In this document: one piece after another, positions 40,069 to 49,580 of the stretch | Layout of the letters: each line of letters starts with the position of its first letter | How positions within the stretch are numbered: the first letter of the stretch is position 1 | Origin: Candidatus Pacearchaeota archaeon | GTDB lineage: Archaea; Nanobdellota; Nanobdellia; Pacearchaeales; GW2011-AR1 | DNA: 54,757 bases | NCBI GenBank assembly: GCA_017608705.1 | Contig: JAFCFJ010000004.1 | Location: forward strand, 1-54,757 | Direction of reading: 5' to 3' | Translations under genes and position numbers: made by a program | The notes under the pieces: generated by a model | The model's database searches: none | The model's input: the letters and a program-made list of their open reading frames with translations, nothing else | What the model was told of the DNA's origin: nothing

Positions 40069-41460
40069 ATGGCACCTATAAGGAAGCCAAGCAAGAGTCT
40101 GGCGGGTGTTACACCTCTAGCTGTAGTGCTGAAACCAATGAAATGTAAGCATGGCACTTGCCTCTATTGTCCAAGCCTGGATGTGCCACAAAGCTATACG
40201 CCGAAAAGTCCTGCAGTAATGCGTGCAGCCATGCTTGACTATGATGCATTCAAACAAGCGAAGGCAAGACTCCGTGCGTTCAAGATAATGGGACATCCTA
40301 CAGATAAGATAGAACTAATTGTGATGGGCGGAACTTTCACTTGGTATCCTAAGGACTATCAGTATGAATTCGTTAAGAGATGTTATGATGCACTAAACGG
40401 CACTACAGCGAGAAATCTGCGTGAGGCGCAAGCTATGAATGAGAAAGCAAAACACAGGCTCGTGGCCCTATGTCTTGAAACAAGACCTGATGCATGCTCC
40501 GAGGATGATATAAAGAGAATGCTTGAACTAGGTTGCACACGTGTAGAACTTGGTGTGCAAACCCTTGACGACAGGATTTATAAGCTTGTCAAGAGAGGGC
40601 ACACAGTTAAGCATGTTATCAAGGCCACACAAAAGCTTAAGGATAGCGGATTCAAGATAGGCTACCATATGATGCCTGGGCTACCAGGCTCTAGCTTTGA
40701 AAAAGATCTGGCTATGTTTCGCAAGCTTTTCAACAGCGAGGAGTTCAGGCCAGACCAACTTAAGATTTACCCTTGCCAGGTTGTTAGCGGTGCCAAACTC
40801 GAAGAATGGTATTGGCAAGGAAAATACAGGCCTTACAGTTTAGACGAGACAAAGCACTTGCTGAAAGAAATCCTGAAGATTGTTCCGCGTTATTGCCGTG
40901 TAATGCGTGTTATGCGAGAGATTCCACCAGATTTTCTCGTGGCTGGTATTAAGAGAATAGATTTGAGGCGCGAGATTGAGAAAGAACTTAGGGAGGAGAA
41001 TGCTGACATAAAGGAAATTCGTTTTCGTGAAATTGGCTTCGTGGCAAGAGAGTTAGGCGAGGAAAACATTGACAAGAGGCTTAGGTTGAGAGTGAGTAGC
41101 TATAGAGCAAGCCGTGGCAAAGAATTTTTCCTAGAGATTGTGAATACAGATGATATACTTTTTGCCTTACTGCGTCTAAGATTTCCTTACAAGCCATTTA
41201 TAGATGTACTTGAGAACGCAGCCATCGTGCGCGAACTTCACGTGTATGGCAAAGCTGTTGAGATAGGCAAGAAAGGAGATGGATGGCAACATAAGGGTTT
41301 TGGTAAATTACTAATAGCCAAGGCTGAGGCTATAGCAAGAGAACACGGCTATGAAAAGCTTGCAGTGATAAGCGGTGTTGGCGTTCGCGAGTATTATCGC
41401 AAGCTTGGCTATAAGCTTGATCAGTATTATATGGTCAAACATCTTTCGAACAAGGTTTAG
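40069..41460 (+). CDS. elp3: Elongator Elp3 tRNA U34 carboxymethyltransferase (radical SAM + KAT)
   Basis: CKHGTCLYCP, QSY, MGGTF, ETRPD, VELGVQ, HMMPGLP, KIYP, RELHVYG, WQHKGFG, ISGVGVREYY. Confidence 0.96.
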   Translation: MAPIRKPSKSLAGVTPLAVVLKPMKCKHGTCLYCPSLDVPQSYTPKSPAVMRAAMLDYDAFKQAKARLRAFKIMGHPTDKIELIVMGGTFTWYPKDYQYEFVKRCYDALNGTTARNLREAQAMNEKAKHRLVALCLETRPDACSEDDIKRMLELGCTRVELGVQTLDDRIYKLVKRGHTVKHVIKATQKLKDSGFKIGYHMMPGLPGSSFEKDLAMFRKLFNSEEFRPDQLKIYPCQVVSGAKLEEWYWQGKYRPYSLDETKHLLKEILKIVPRYCRVMRVMREIPPDFLVAGIKRIDLRREIEKELREENADIKEIRFREIGFVARELGEENIDKRLRLRVSSYRASRGKEFFLEIVNTDDILFALLRLRFPYKPFIDVLENAAIVRELHVYGKAVEIGKKGDGWQHKGFGKLLIAKAEAIAREHGYEKLAVISGVGVREYYRKLGYKLDQYYMVKHLSNKV

Positions 41461-41475
41461 GAAAAATTTAAAAAG

Positions 41476-41493
41476 TATCACTTCTACGTGATA
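41476..41493. promoter_or_regulatory. Inverted repeat TATCAC-N6-GTGATA, possible operator
   Basis: Directly after TATA (tttaaaaa, 41467-41474) and before the HTH gene start at 41511. Confidence 0.4.
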
Positions 41494-41510
41494 ACACTTT
41501 TCTTGTTAAA

Positions 41511-42218
41511 ATGTACGAGATCATGAGCAAGAGCGAAGCTGCCCGCATCCTTGGCGTGAGCGAGAAAACTATCGAGAGATATGTGAGAAAAGGTTTGCTG
41601 AGAAAACTGGCCGGCCAGAGCAACAATGTATTTGCAAGAGACGTAGGAAAGCTATTATTGAGAAAAAAGATTCCAGATACTGTCATGCAGGAAATTTACA
41701 CCATGTCTGCTCTTGGTGTATCTCTTTCCGTACTATGCCATGAATTCAGTGATCTTGGATATTGGCCATGTCAAATGGTTGCTGCTCTTTCTATCTATTC
41801 ACAGGAGAGAAGAGCCTTTCTTAATAGTTTTCCAGGTAATAATGTGTTACTCGGCACAGAGGTTAGTGCAAGGCTAAGGCTTCGTAACAGACACGTACTC
41901 GAAGAACTTCTCGAGACAAGAGCTCTTGAACCTATTGTTTCAAGAAAAGGATCAAGAGAGATTTGCTTCGTGAGTAAGGAGTCGCTATTACATTATCTTG
42001 GTCCGTACTATGATAAAAGGCTTTACCGGAGCCATCATGCTAAGATAATTCTTGAAAAGCTTGGCTGTGAGGTAACTATCAATAGAATAGATAAGCTTGC
42101 CAAAAAATATAGAGTAGGTTTCAAGATTTTTCCAGAAAAGAAGAATAGTGCTTATCTCTTCTCCTACGAGGATATTTTGCAACTCTACGCTATTTATCAG
42201 CAAATCCGAGAGAAATAG
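41511..42218 (+). CDS. Protein with MerR/excisionase-type HTH domain(s)
   Basis: MSKSEAARILGVSEKTIERYVRKGLL; two further weak HTH-like segments. Confidence 0.75.
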   Translation: MYEIMSKSEAARILGVSEKTIERYVRKGLLRKLAGQSNNVFARDVGKLLLRKKIPDTVMQEIYTMSALGVSLSVLCHEFSDLGYWPCQMVAALSIYSQERRAFLNSFPGNNVLLGTEVSARLRLRNRHVLEELLETRALEPIVSRKGSREICFVSKESLLHYLGPYYDKRLYRSHHAKIILEKLGCEVTINRIDKLAKKYRVGFKIFPEKKNSAYLFSYEDILQLYAIYQQIREK

Positions 42219-42219
42219 G

Positions 42220-42906
42220 ATGGGAAAGAAAAAAAGAGAACAAGAAAAAAAGCAAGTAAGGAGGAAACCTCTTCTTAGTCTCGAGAGCGCTCTCATGGAC
42301 CTGTCTTGCATTGAAGAAAATATTTCTTCCTTGGCGAGAATTTTGAGCCTGCCAGATCTCACGCAAGAAGAGGAATCTTTCATTAGTTATGTTTTGCTGG
42401 ATGATAGTCTCTATATATTTTTTCAGATTTATCCTATGCTGAGAAAGCCAGAAGAGATTTTTATGCTGGATAGCAAGGAAAGGCGCGCTCTTTTGCTTTA
42501 CCGTGTCGCTTTCAACAAACTTTACAGCTTTACACAACAATTTGATCCTGAAGCTTTTGGTTTTATGACAGCCAGTCATAACTTAGTTAATAAGCTTGCT
42601 AATCTAGCTGCGCTCATAGAAGAAAACCCTGAGACATGGTACTTGCGTGCTGATAGCGAGCCACGAAGGGAACTAACTTTCTACGAGAAAATGTTTTTCA
42701 GCGAGCTTGAAAGAGGCGCAAGAGCAGTGGATGTGAAGAGCATACTTGGCTATGACCCAAGCATAGAAAAATATCATTTTTTCATCGAGAATCCAGAGAC
42801 AGCATATCTCAGGATAAAGCTTAAGCAAGCCATCGCGCGCGAGGACTACGAGCTTGCGGCAAAAATTTGGGAGGAGATTAGGAGAATGAGAAAAAGCGAG
42901 AGTTAG
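42220..42906 (+). CDS. Hypothetical protein with C-terminal UVR (UvrB/UvrC) motif
   Basis: LKQAIAREDYELAAKIWEEI; start ATG 42220 is 1 nt after the upstream stop. Confidence 0.75.
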   Translation: MGKKKREQEKKQVRRKPLLSLESALMDLSCIEENISSLARILSLPDLTQEEESFISYVLLDDSLYIFFQIYPMLRKPEEIFMLDSKERRALLLYRVAFNKLYSFTQQFDPEAFGFMTASHNLVNKLANLAALIEENPETWYLRADSEPRRELTFYEKMFFSELERGARAVDVKSILGYDPSIEKYHFFIENPETAYLRIKLKQAIAREDYELAAKIWEEIRRMRKSES

Positions 42907-43194
42907 TTATGGACAAGAGGAGCCCTGCGATATCCACGCATCACAATCTGTTTGTGTGTCATAGGTTAGGCTATTAGCGATAAATTATGTTATCTTCACT
43001 GCCTAAACAATGGAAATTGACACCTTCACTATAGCACGATGTTACATTTTCAAATGTATTTTTATTGAAATTGGACACTGAAATTCTATAGAATGATGAG
43101 TATTCGACACTGGATTTGAGATTACGTTATATTCGGCCCAATAAAGATAAATACCATGGCCGCAGTTTGCGATTTTAAAATTATATTTTTCAAC
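42907..43194 (-). pseudogene. Orphan, frameshifted C-terminal fragment of a beta-helix adhesin paralogue
   Basis: Translates across frames as ..NCGHGIYLYWAEYNVISN / VEYSS..NKNTFENVTSCY..FHC / NSLTYDTQTDCDAWISQGSSCP*, paralogous to the 3' end of the upstream gene. Confidence 0.75.
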
Positions 43195-43342
43195 TTAAAA
43201 TTTTTACTACGCATATTTAAAGGTTATTATTCAGAAAATCAGGGACATGTAGAAGTTTGCTGTATCCAATCACCACAATTGTCATACAAAAGAAATCAAG
43301 ATTGTTGTAGCACGATGTTACATTTTCAAATGTATTTTTATT
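43032..43342. repeat. 35-bp exact direct repeat (43032-43066 and 43308-43342)
   Basis: tagcacgatgttacattttcaaatgtatttttatt occurs twice, once in the adhesin 3' end and once in the orphan fragment. Confidence 0.95.
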
Positions 43343-44578
43343 AGAATCATGCACTGTTATACCATAATAACTATTATTTACTTCAATATTTGAGAGAAAA
43401 TTGTTGTCGCTATCGCGTAAATATATGGCATAATTACTATCGTTTAGATTTATATTTGACAACGTATTATTATAAGACATGGATAAATAAATACCCATTG
43501 ACGAGATATCTATTATTTCCGCATACGAAACAGTATTATTATCAGAAGACAATGTAATGGCCCATGTCAAGTTGGCAAAGGTAACATCAAAAATATTAGA
43601 GTTATCTGCATCGACAAAGATACCAGATGCGCTTGTTCCTTTCCCTGTTATTGCTAGATGTTGTATATTTATATTTTTTCTGTTTTTGTTTAAATCTATT
43701 CCGTGATTGCACCAAATTTTTCCATTATCTATAGTTACTTCCGTTCCATTAACCAATATTCCATACCCAACATTCCCATTGCCGTCATCCAGACAATCAA
43801 TTGTATGCCCCGCTAAGTCGAGAACCACATTATCTGCTTGAATCTTAATACAATATCCGAGTATCTCACTCGAAATATTGGTTGTAAGTTTGTAATAGCC
43901 TTCTTGTGTAATGTTTTCACAAGAACTTAGTTCAAACATACATGCACTTGTACTAATAGTACAATCATCATTACACACAAGTTGGCCTGCAACCCCGCCG
44001 AAATCTTGACAAGTCTTTTCACCAAAATCTGAACCATCACACTCTTCACCTTCATCTAATCTTCCATTACCACATATAGGCCCACTTCCACCAGCCCGCT
44101 CTCGCTCAACCACACTACTACTCACCACACCACCTTGCTTAACTTTATCAGCTGAACGAAACACAGGCACAACACTAACCTTCACAATTTCCACACCAGA
44201 AGGAATACCTAGGTTGCTAAGATTAATCTCATAGCTTCTTGTCTCGAGCGGCCCTGGCAACCCACCAGGAGTACTAGCATTTACAGTATAAATATAACTT
44301 TTCCCGCTACCTTCAAGCACAAGCTTTATAGCTTCAAGCTCAGCCTTGTCATTCCCACGCCTGATCCTAACAGTAAGATTTCCATCACTATCAACAAAAG
44401 CTTCCTTGATATCAAGAGTAATACTCATGCCAAGTGTTGCTGTTTCTATCTCTTCCCGCTGTTCATGTATCATGGGCATGACCAAACGCCAGAGAAGCAC
44501 GAGAAGCACAAATGTGAGTAGCAATACTAAGATCGTGGCCACAATAGCACTTACACCTTTTTTCTTGTGCATTTCCAC
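43217..44578 (-). CDS. Pilin-like protein fused to a Cys-rich repeat and a parallel beta-helix domain; true C-terminus is frameshifted near 43286
   Basis: KKKG/VSAIVATIL class III signal; ICGNG..EECDG..C motif; beta-helix repeats; alternate frame YDNCGDWIQQTSTCP* ends at 43239. Confidence 0.82.
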   Translation of the reverse strand: MEMHKKKGVSAIVATILVLLLTFVLLVLLWRLVMPMIHEQREEIETATLGMSITLDIKEAFVDSDGNLTVRIRRGNDKAELEAIKLVLEGSGKSYIYTVNASTPGGLPGPLETRSYEINLSNLGIPSGVEIVKVSVVPVFRSADKVKQGGVVSSSVVERERAGGSGPICGNGRLDEGEECDGSDFGEKTCQDFGGVAGQLVCNDDCTISTSACMFELSSCENITQEGYYKLTTNISSEILGYCIKIQADNVVLDLAGHTIDCLDDGNGNVGYGILVNGTEVTIDNGKIWCNHGIDLNKNRKNINIQHLAITGKGTSASGIFVDADNSNIFDVTFANLTWAITLSSDNNTVSYAEIIDISSMGIYLSMSYNNTLSNINLNDSNYAIYLRDSDNNFLSNIEVNNSYYGITVHDSNKNTFENVTSCYNNLDFFCMTIVVIGYSKLLHVPDFLNNNL

Positions 44579-44642
44579 TCTTCTTATTTTTTGAAATTAA
44601 TAAAAAATTATAAAAAATAAAAACAAAACTAACTTAAAAGTT

Positions 44643-45122
44643 TTATGATACTTCTCCTATTTCTGTGATTGTAGCTAAAACACCCGTGCAATCACCCTCT
44701 GCGTCTCCAACCTTTACTCGCGCTGCTAGTTCCACCTTAGATGGTTTTGTCGTGAATGTGCTGTCATACTTTGTCACATTGATGACAAATGTTTTCGTTG
44801 TCAGCTCGTCTATTTGAGGATTCTCTATTGGCACCGCAACGCTCGTATCTGTACCTTTATAAATAACTGCAGTAAGCCCAACTATTTCTCCGCCGCCTGT
44901 TCCTCTTTTTATTGTGATGCTTATATTATTATTGTTTGTTGTGTTCCACACCGCTTTTGTGATTTCTAAGTCAGTCTGTGCACACGCCTGCTGAATCTGG
45001 ATCTGGGTTTCTGGTCCTCTAAGAGCACCTTTAATTACTACCCACACTATTCCTATCAATACAAATGTCAAGAGCAATACCAACACTGTTGCCACAATAG
45101 CACTTACAGCCTTCTTATACAT
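44643..45122 (-). CDS. Archaeal type IV pilin-like protein (probable major pilin)
   Basis: MYKKA/VSAIVATVLVLLL class III signal; strong GGAGGTGA RBS; two Cys. Confidence 0.85.
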   Translation of the reverse strand: MYKKAVSAIVATVLVLLLTFVLIGIVWVVIKGALRGPETQIQIQQACAQTDLEITKAVWNTTNNNNISITIKRGTGGGEIVGLTAVIYKGTDTSVAVPIENPQIDELTTKTFVINVTKYDSTFTTKPSKVELAARVKVGDAEGDCTGVLATITEIGEVS

Positions 45123-45237
45123 TTTTCACCTCCTTTTTCGAGATTTTGTTGTTAAAAAAATTGTTTTTATAATTTAAAAATGTTTTGTCTCGGTTTCTCA
45201 TTAAAAGCGTATGATAAACAATCCTGCTTTTTTCATT

Positions 45238-46902
45238 TCAACGATGCGCAAACCAAAATTCATACATGCCTTGCTTGCCTTTCCTGTCAAATCTGCAAAA
45301 GCCAAATCTTTCAAACTGTATTATTTCACCCACCTTCAATTTTTCAACATTCTTCTCAGCCACACCCTCTTGCCATTCCGCATTAGGCATCAACACCCTT
45401 GCTTTCAATGCCTCGCTTGAAGGAACCCATTGTATTTTCCTTATATCTTTTATCTCGTTGCCTGTATAGCTTGCTTTCTTGTTTTTGCCAAGTTTAATGT
45501 TGAAGAGGCCAATCAACCTTACTTCCTTTCCGCCAAATTCTTTGAAATCCTGTTCAGAGATTAAAATCTTGCTTTCAGCCTTTATCTTGCGATACTTGTT
45601 TTTTTCCGGATGTAATCTTAGTTTTACCTCACCAATATCTGGCATGTTCTCTATTTCTATCTCGATCGGATTAGGCACAAAAAAATACCTGCTGGCTTGC
45701 TTATCAAGATGCTTCCTATTTATAGCGTAAAGTTTCTCAACAGGCACAACTATATCATTTTGATTTAGCCCTATATCAAACACAAATTCACGCAGGCTCT
45801 CAGCAAGAATGCCACGTCTTCTCAAACTTTGCACGCTCCATGTTAGCGGTGTGTCCCATCCAAATTCATACTTGCCTGCCAACACTTCTTGCTGTGCCTT
45901 GCTCTTCCCTATCTTACCAATACCCTCGATGCGTACAAGACCAACATGGATAATCTCTGGATGTTGCCAGCCGAAGATGTCCCAAATAAAGCGTTCCATC
46001 TCGCTCTCCATCATCAAATCCTTACCACGTATGATATGTGTAATGCCAAGCAAATGATCATCAATAGCCCAGGAAAACTCGAGCAAGGGCCATACCCTAT
46101 ACTTCTTGCCCACACGTGGATGTTCTGCATCAGAGATTCTGAACAGTATGCGGTCACGAAATGCAGGATTCCTATGTTGCATATCTGTTTTCAACCTCAA
46201 AACGTAATCACCAGGCTTAGCTTCGAACATCGCGTGCCATCTTTCCATGTTTTCCTCTATGCTGAGGTTACGGCACTCGCATGCCTTACCAGCTTCCCTA
46301 TTCTTCCGTATTGTGTTTTTATCGCAAGAACAAACATAGGCCTTGCCGAGCTCTATAAGTTTCTCAGCATACTCATAATAAATTTCTAGCCTATCTGATT
46401 TATAGATAATTGGTTTCTCATATTTTACACCAAGCCAGTCAAAGGCATCAACAATCAACTCGTATGCCTCAGCCAAGGGTTTCTTTTCCTCACTGCCTAT
46501 GGTGTCGTCCATTACAAGCAAGAGCTTGCCTTTATATTTTTCTGCATAGAGAGCATTAAGCAAATATGTTTTTGCATTGCCTATATGCAATGCCCCAGAA
46601 GGATATGGTGCAAGCCTAAATACCGGTCTGCCTTTCACATTTGGCAACTCAGGCAAGCCCTCTTGCTTTTCCCTCTCCTTAACCATCCTACGCAACTCCC
46701 TGAACTTTGTCTCTTGTTCCTCTTTTGTCATACTGTTAACCTTCTCTATAATTTCTTGCACTTGCCGGATCACTTGCTTCACTTGCTCTCTCTTTAAGCC
46801 TTCAACAAAAAGCGCATTGATCACGTTCTGCAATCTTGCCTTGCCATTATGCTCTATTGCATTTTTCAGCGCATAAGCCAAAATCTTTTGCCTTGAAATC
46901 AT
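45238..46902 (-). CDS. gltX: Glutamyl-tRNA synthetase (archaeal type)
   Basis: RLAPYPSGALHIGN, AYVC.C, WP..EFS.AIDDH..GITHIIRGKD, QFERFGF. Confidence 0.96.
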   Translation of the reverse strand: MISRQKILAYALKNAIEHNGKARLQNVINALFVEGLKREQVKQVIRQVQEIIEKVNSMTKEEQETKFRELRRMVKEREKQEGLPELPNVKGRPVFRLAPYPSGALHIGNAKTYLLNALYAEKYKGKLLLVMDDTIGSEEKKPLAEAYELIVDAFDWLGVKYEKPIIYKSDRLEIYYEYAEKLIELGKAYVCSCDKNTIRKNREAGKACECRNLSIEENMERWHAMFEAKPGDYVLRLKTDMQHRNPAFRDRILFRISDAEHPRVGKKYRVWPLLEFSWAIDDHLLGITHIIRGKDLMMESEMERFIWDIFGWQHPEIIHVGLVRIEGIGKIGKSKAQQEVLAGKYEFGWDTPLTWSVQSLRRRGILAESLREFVFDIGLNQNDIVVPVEKLYAINRKHLDKQASRYFFVPNPIEIEIENMPDIGEVKLRLHPEKNKYRKIKAESKILISEQDFKEFGGKEVRLIGLFNIKLGKNKKASYTGNEIKDIRKIQWVPSSEALKARVLMPNAEWQEGVAEKNVEKLKVGEIIQFERFGFCRFDRKGKQGMYEFWFAHR

Positions 46903-46961
46903 ACGAAAATAAGCGGAAATATATTAATAAAGCTTTTTCCACCCATTCAAGCACGATGCGT

Positions 46962-47303
46962 TCAGAAAAAACTCTCTCCAGCTTCTACGCCCGCTTTCCT
47001 CTCCAACAACTCAACACGCTCTATTAGCTTGTAAAGTCTTCTTTCCAAACGTCGCAATCTTTCCTCTAATTCTTTCAGGTTGGTTGTTTCAGAATAGCTA
47101 GCAGAATAACTTTCGCTAGAGCTTATTGTTTCATTGCTCATAACGCTGGTGCCAGATGCAAGACCAGCAAGAATTCCAAAAGTGTTGCTTTTGCTCTCAC
47201 CTCCAATTTTATCTGTCTGTTTTAGGTTCATCTCTTGCTCCTGTTTTCTCGGCATTACAGTAAGGTCAATCACCTTCTTTTTTCTAAACAACCTGAAACC
47301 CAT
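46962..47303 (-). CDS. Hypothetical protein with C-terminal coiled coil
   Basis: Ser-rich linker then LEERLRRLERRLYKLIERVELLERK; upstream TATA (tttataa on minus). Confidence 0.7.
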   Translation of the reverse strand: MGFRLFRKKKVIDLTVMPRKQEQEMNLKQTDKIGGESKSNTFGILAGLASGTSVMSNETISSSESYSASYSETTNLKELEERLRRLERRLYKLIERVELLERKAGVEAGESFF

Positions 47304-47393
47304 AGGAGATAGAGCAGGCTCGTACTTATAAATCTTGTGCTGAAAAGTTGCAAAACTTTAAAAAATCCCTGAGCATGTTAATAAAAAGGGAAG

Positions 47394-48833
47394 ATGGCTG
47401 AGATAAAGAGCATATCAGAGATTATCGAAGAGATTAGCCCATATTATCGCAAGCTTAAAGAGAAAAAGCTTGAAGGTGTTCCAGCAGAGGAGCACAAGAT
47501 CATTTATGATTCGACGGCCGAAACATTAGAGCCTGTTTATTTCTGGATCGTTGATTTTATGAATGACATGTTCAAGAAAGTCGAGAAGCTAGTGGATAAT
47601 TTTGTTTCGAGTCCTGGCTCGGGTCATTTTGCTGAGCTTGGCGCAAGAGCCACAAAGATGCAAGAAGAAGCAATGAAAATAATGCAAACTATTGGTATTC
47701 TTGTCAAGAGTCTTGTTAACATAGTATATGACTTACGCGAATTTGAAATAAGGCTAAAGCATTACGATGCTTTACACTCGAAAGATGAGAAAGAACGTGA
47801 GGCTGCGTTGCTTGCGTTGAAGCAGATATGGATGGATAATGTTGATATCAAACGAGGGCGTGGCAGCATAAATATGCTTGCACAAGATTTGAATTTTGTT
47901 ACAATTCGTGATGCATTCATGGCAGTCAAGAGCCTTGAAGAGGTGGACAAGCTTGACCTCAACGATAGGGTTAAACGTATTCTCAAAGCCCGCGTAAAGG
48001 AATTTTTTGACTGGCTTGAGCTCAGCGAGAAAGAACTGAGAAAGCGTTACGAGATAGAGCGAAGCTATCTTAAGAGTCAGGTTAATGCCTTAAGGCTTTA
48101 TACAAGATGGGCCAAGCCCTATCTCAGGGCAGCAGCACAGCTTGAGATGAAAGAGGCTGGCAGAGAACCTGCATTGGTTAAGGCATTCAGCACAATACTT
48201 CTTGAACTTACCTTACTTGGCAGGAGCCCTATCGATGTGGAGCAAGCGATAATAGATGGCGATTTGCCCGAAGCTTTCAGACGGATTAAGTTTGACCGCA
48301 ATTATTACTCCTGTGTGCTTGTTGATTTCAACTTCAGAGGAATTCCATACAGAACACCACAAGGACACTATACTTTTGGTGGCAGAGTTGAAGTTACATT
48401 CAAGGCTTATGCCCTGAACGATGACGAACTCATGCTATTAGATGAAAAGCTCAAAGAAACAGAGTTGGAGGAAGCATTGAAACTTGTGGAAGGCATGACT
48501 ACTGAAAGTTTAGAACAACTGCGTGAAGATATAGAATATTTTCTCAAGGAACCAGAAAAGCGAGAACTGGAAGAAGAGAAGAATAAAAGCCAAGATGTTA
48601 ATCCGTTCGCTGCTCTCTTTGGATTTTACAATAGGAACAAGAAGCCTGAGAAGAAAAAAGATGATAAGACAAAGAAAATAGAAGAGCTAAAAGAAGAGGG
48701 TGTAAGACCAGATAACCATGCCGAGAGCCTGCTCAGGAAACTGGCAGAGAGCGGAGCAAAAGATAAATGCTTCACAATCTTCGATGTCTACAAGAAAGCA
48801 CATGGTATGGCTTCTCATCCGGCACCAGAATAA
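47394..48833 (+). CDS. Hypothetical, largely alpha-helical protein (479 aa)
   Basis: Long ORF with typical codon usage and upstream TATA (ctttaaaa); no motif recognised. Confidence 0.85.
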   Translation: MAEIKSISEIIEEISPYYRKLKEKKLEGVPAEEHKIIYDSTAETLEPVYFWIVDFMNDMFKKVEKLVDNFVSSPGSGHFAELGARATKMQEEAMKIMQTIGILVKSLVNIVYDLREFEIRLKHYDALHSKDEKEREAALLALKQIWMDNVDIKRGRGSINMLAQDLNFVTIRDAFMAVKSLEEVDKLDLNDRVKRILKARVKEFFDWLELSEKELRKRYEIERSYLKSQVNALRLYTRWAKPYLRAAAQLEMKEAGREPALVKAFSTILLELTLLGRSPIDVEQAIIDGDLPEAFRRIKFDRNYYSCVLVDFNFRGIPYRTPQGHYTFGGRVEVTFKAYALNDDELMLLDEKLKETELEEALKLVEGMTTESLEQLREDIEYFLKEPEKRELEEEKNKSQDVNPFAALFGFYNRNKKPEKKKDDKTKKIEELKEEGVRPDNHAESLLRKLAESGAKDKCFTIFDVYKKAHGMASHPAPE

Positions 48834-48886
48834 TCTTTCGCTTTTTTTTACCTAAACCTTAAATATCGAATTGATGTTCTATTTGC

Positions 48887-49534
48887 ATGGGTGAGTTAGA
48901 AGAAATCGTGCGAAAATTGAAAGAAATCTCAGAAAGGAAGGCGGGGGGCAAGAGTGAGGAAGAAGAGCAAGATGGAAGAGAGAAAGAGAGAGAAGAAGGG
49001 ACAGAAGAGCTGAAAAAAGATAAAGAGGTGGGTGGTGAAGAAAAAGAGGAAAGCACGCATGCCGAAGAGCTTGGAGAAGCAGGAACAGATGCGTTGGTTT
49101 TTGAAACAGCACCTGAACGCGTACCACCGGTTATAGCTACCACACCCCCCCAAAAGGCTGGGCCTGTAGAGGACCTTGAGTCAGAACTTGCTGGTGTTAG
49201 TGTGAGAAGTGAAGAAGAGCAAGAACAAGAGGCCGGCGAAATCTATCAGACTGGATACGAGACAGGAGAAAGCGACAGAATGTATTCTGCTGAAACAATC
49301 ATCTTAGAACTAACGCACATGAGCATGGATGAAATAGCAAATCTGCCAAGATTTCATGAAATAAGGCCTGAAGACTTTATAGTACCTGAACTTCACAATC
49401 AAGAGGAAACTAGAGCAGGTATTGAAGATTATGTGGCAAAGCCCGAAAGATTCGAGCCAGAACACAGGATGCCATTCGAACGTGAAAGTGTATGGAAAAA
49501 ATATAGGGAGAAGAAACTAGGTGGTGTGGGATAG
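48887..49534 (+). CDS. Highly acidic, probably disordered hypothetical protein
   Basis: Glu-rich low-complexity sequence. Confidence 0.75.
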   Translation: MGELEEIVRKLKEISERKAGGKSEEEEQDGREKEREEGTEELKKDKEVGGEEKEESTHAEELGEAGTDALVFETAPERVPPVIATTPPQKAGPVEDLESELAGVSVRSEEEQEQEAGEIYQTGYETGESDRMYSAETIILELTHMSMDEIANLPRFHEIRPEDFIVPELHNQEETRAGIEDYVAKPERFEPEHRMPFERESVWKKYREKKLGGVG

Positions 49535-49580
49535 ATTTAAATATAATCTTCAGATTATCCAAGTATAAAGAGGTGGTAAG

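Noticed and set aside
42907-43420. Diversity-generating retroelement TR/VR pair
   Set aside because: Differences between the copies affect all four bases and include indels rather than being adenine-specific; no reverse transcriptase in the window
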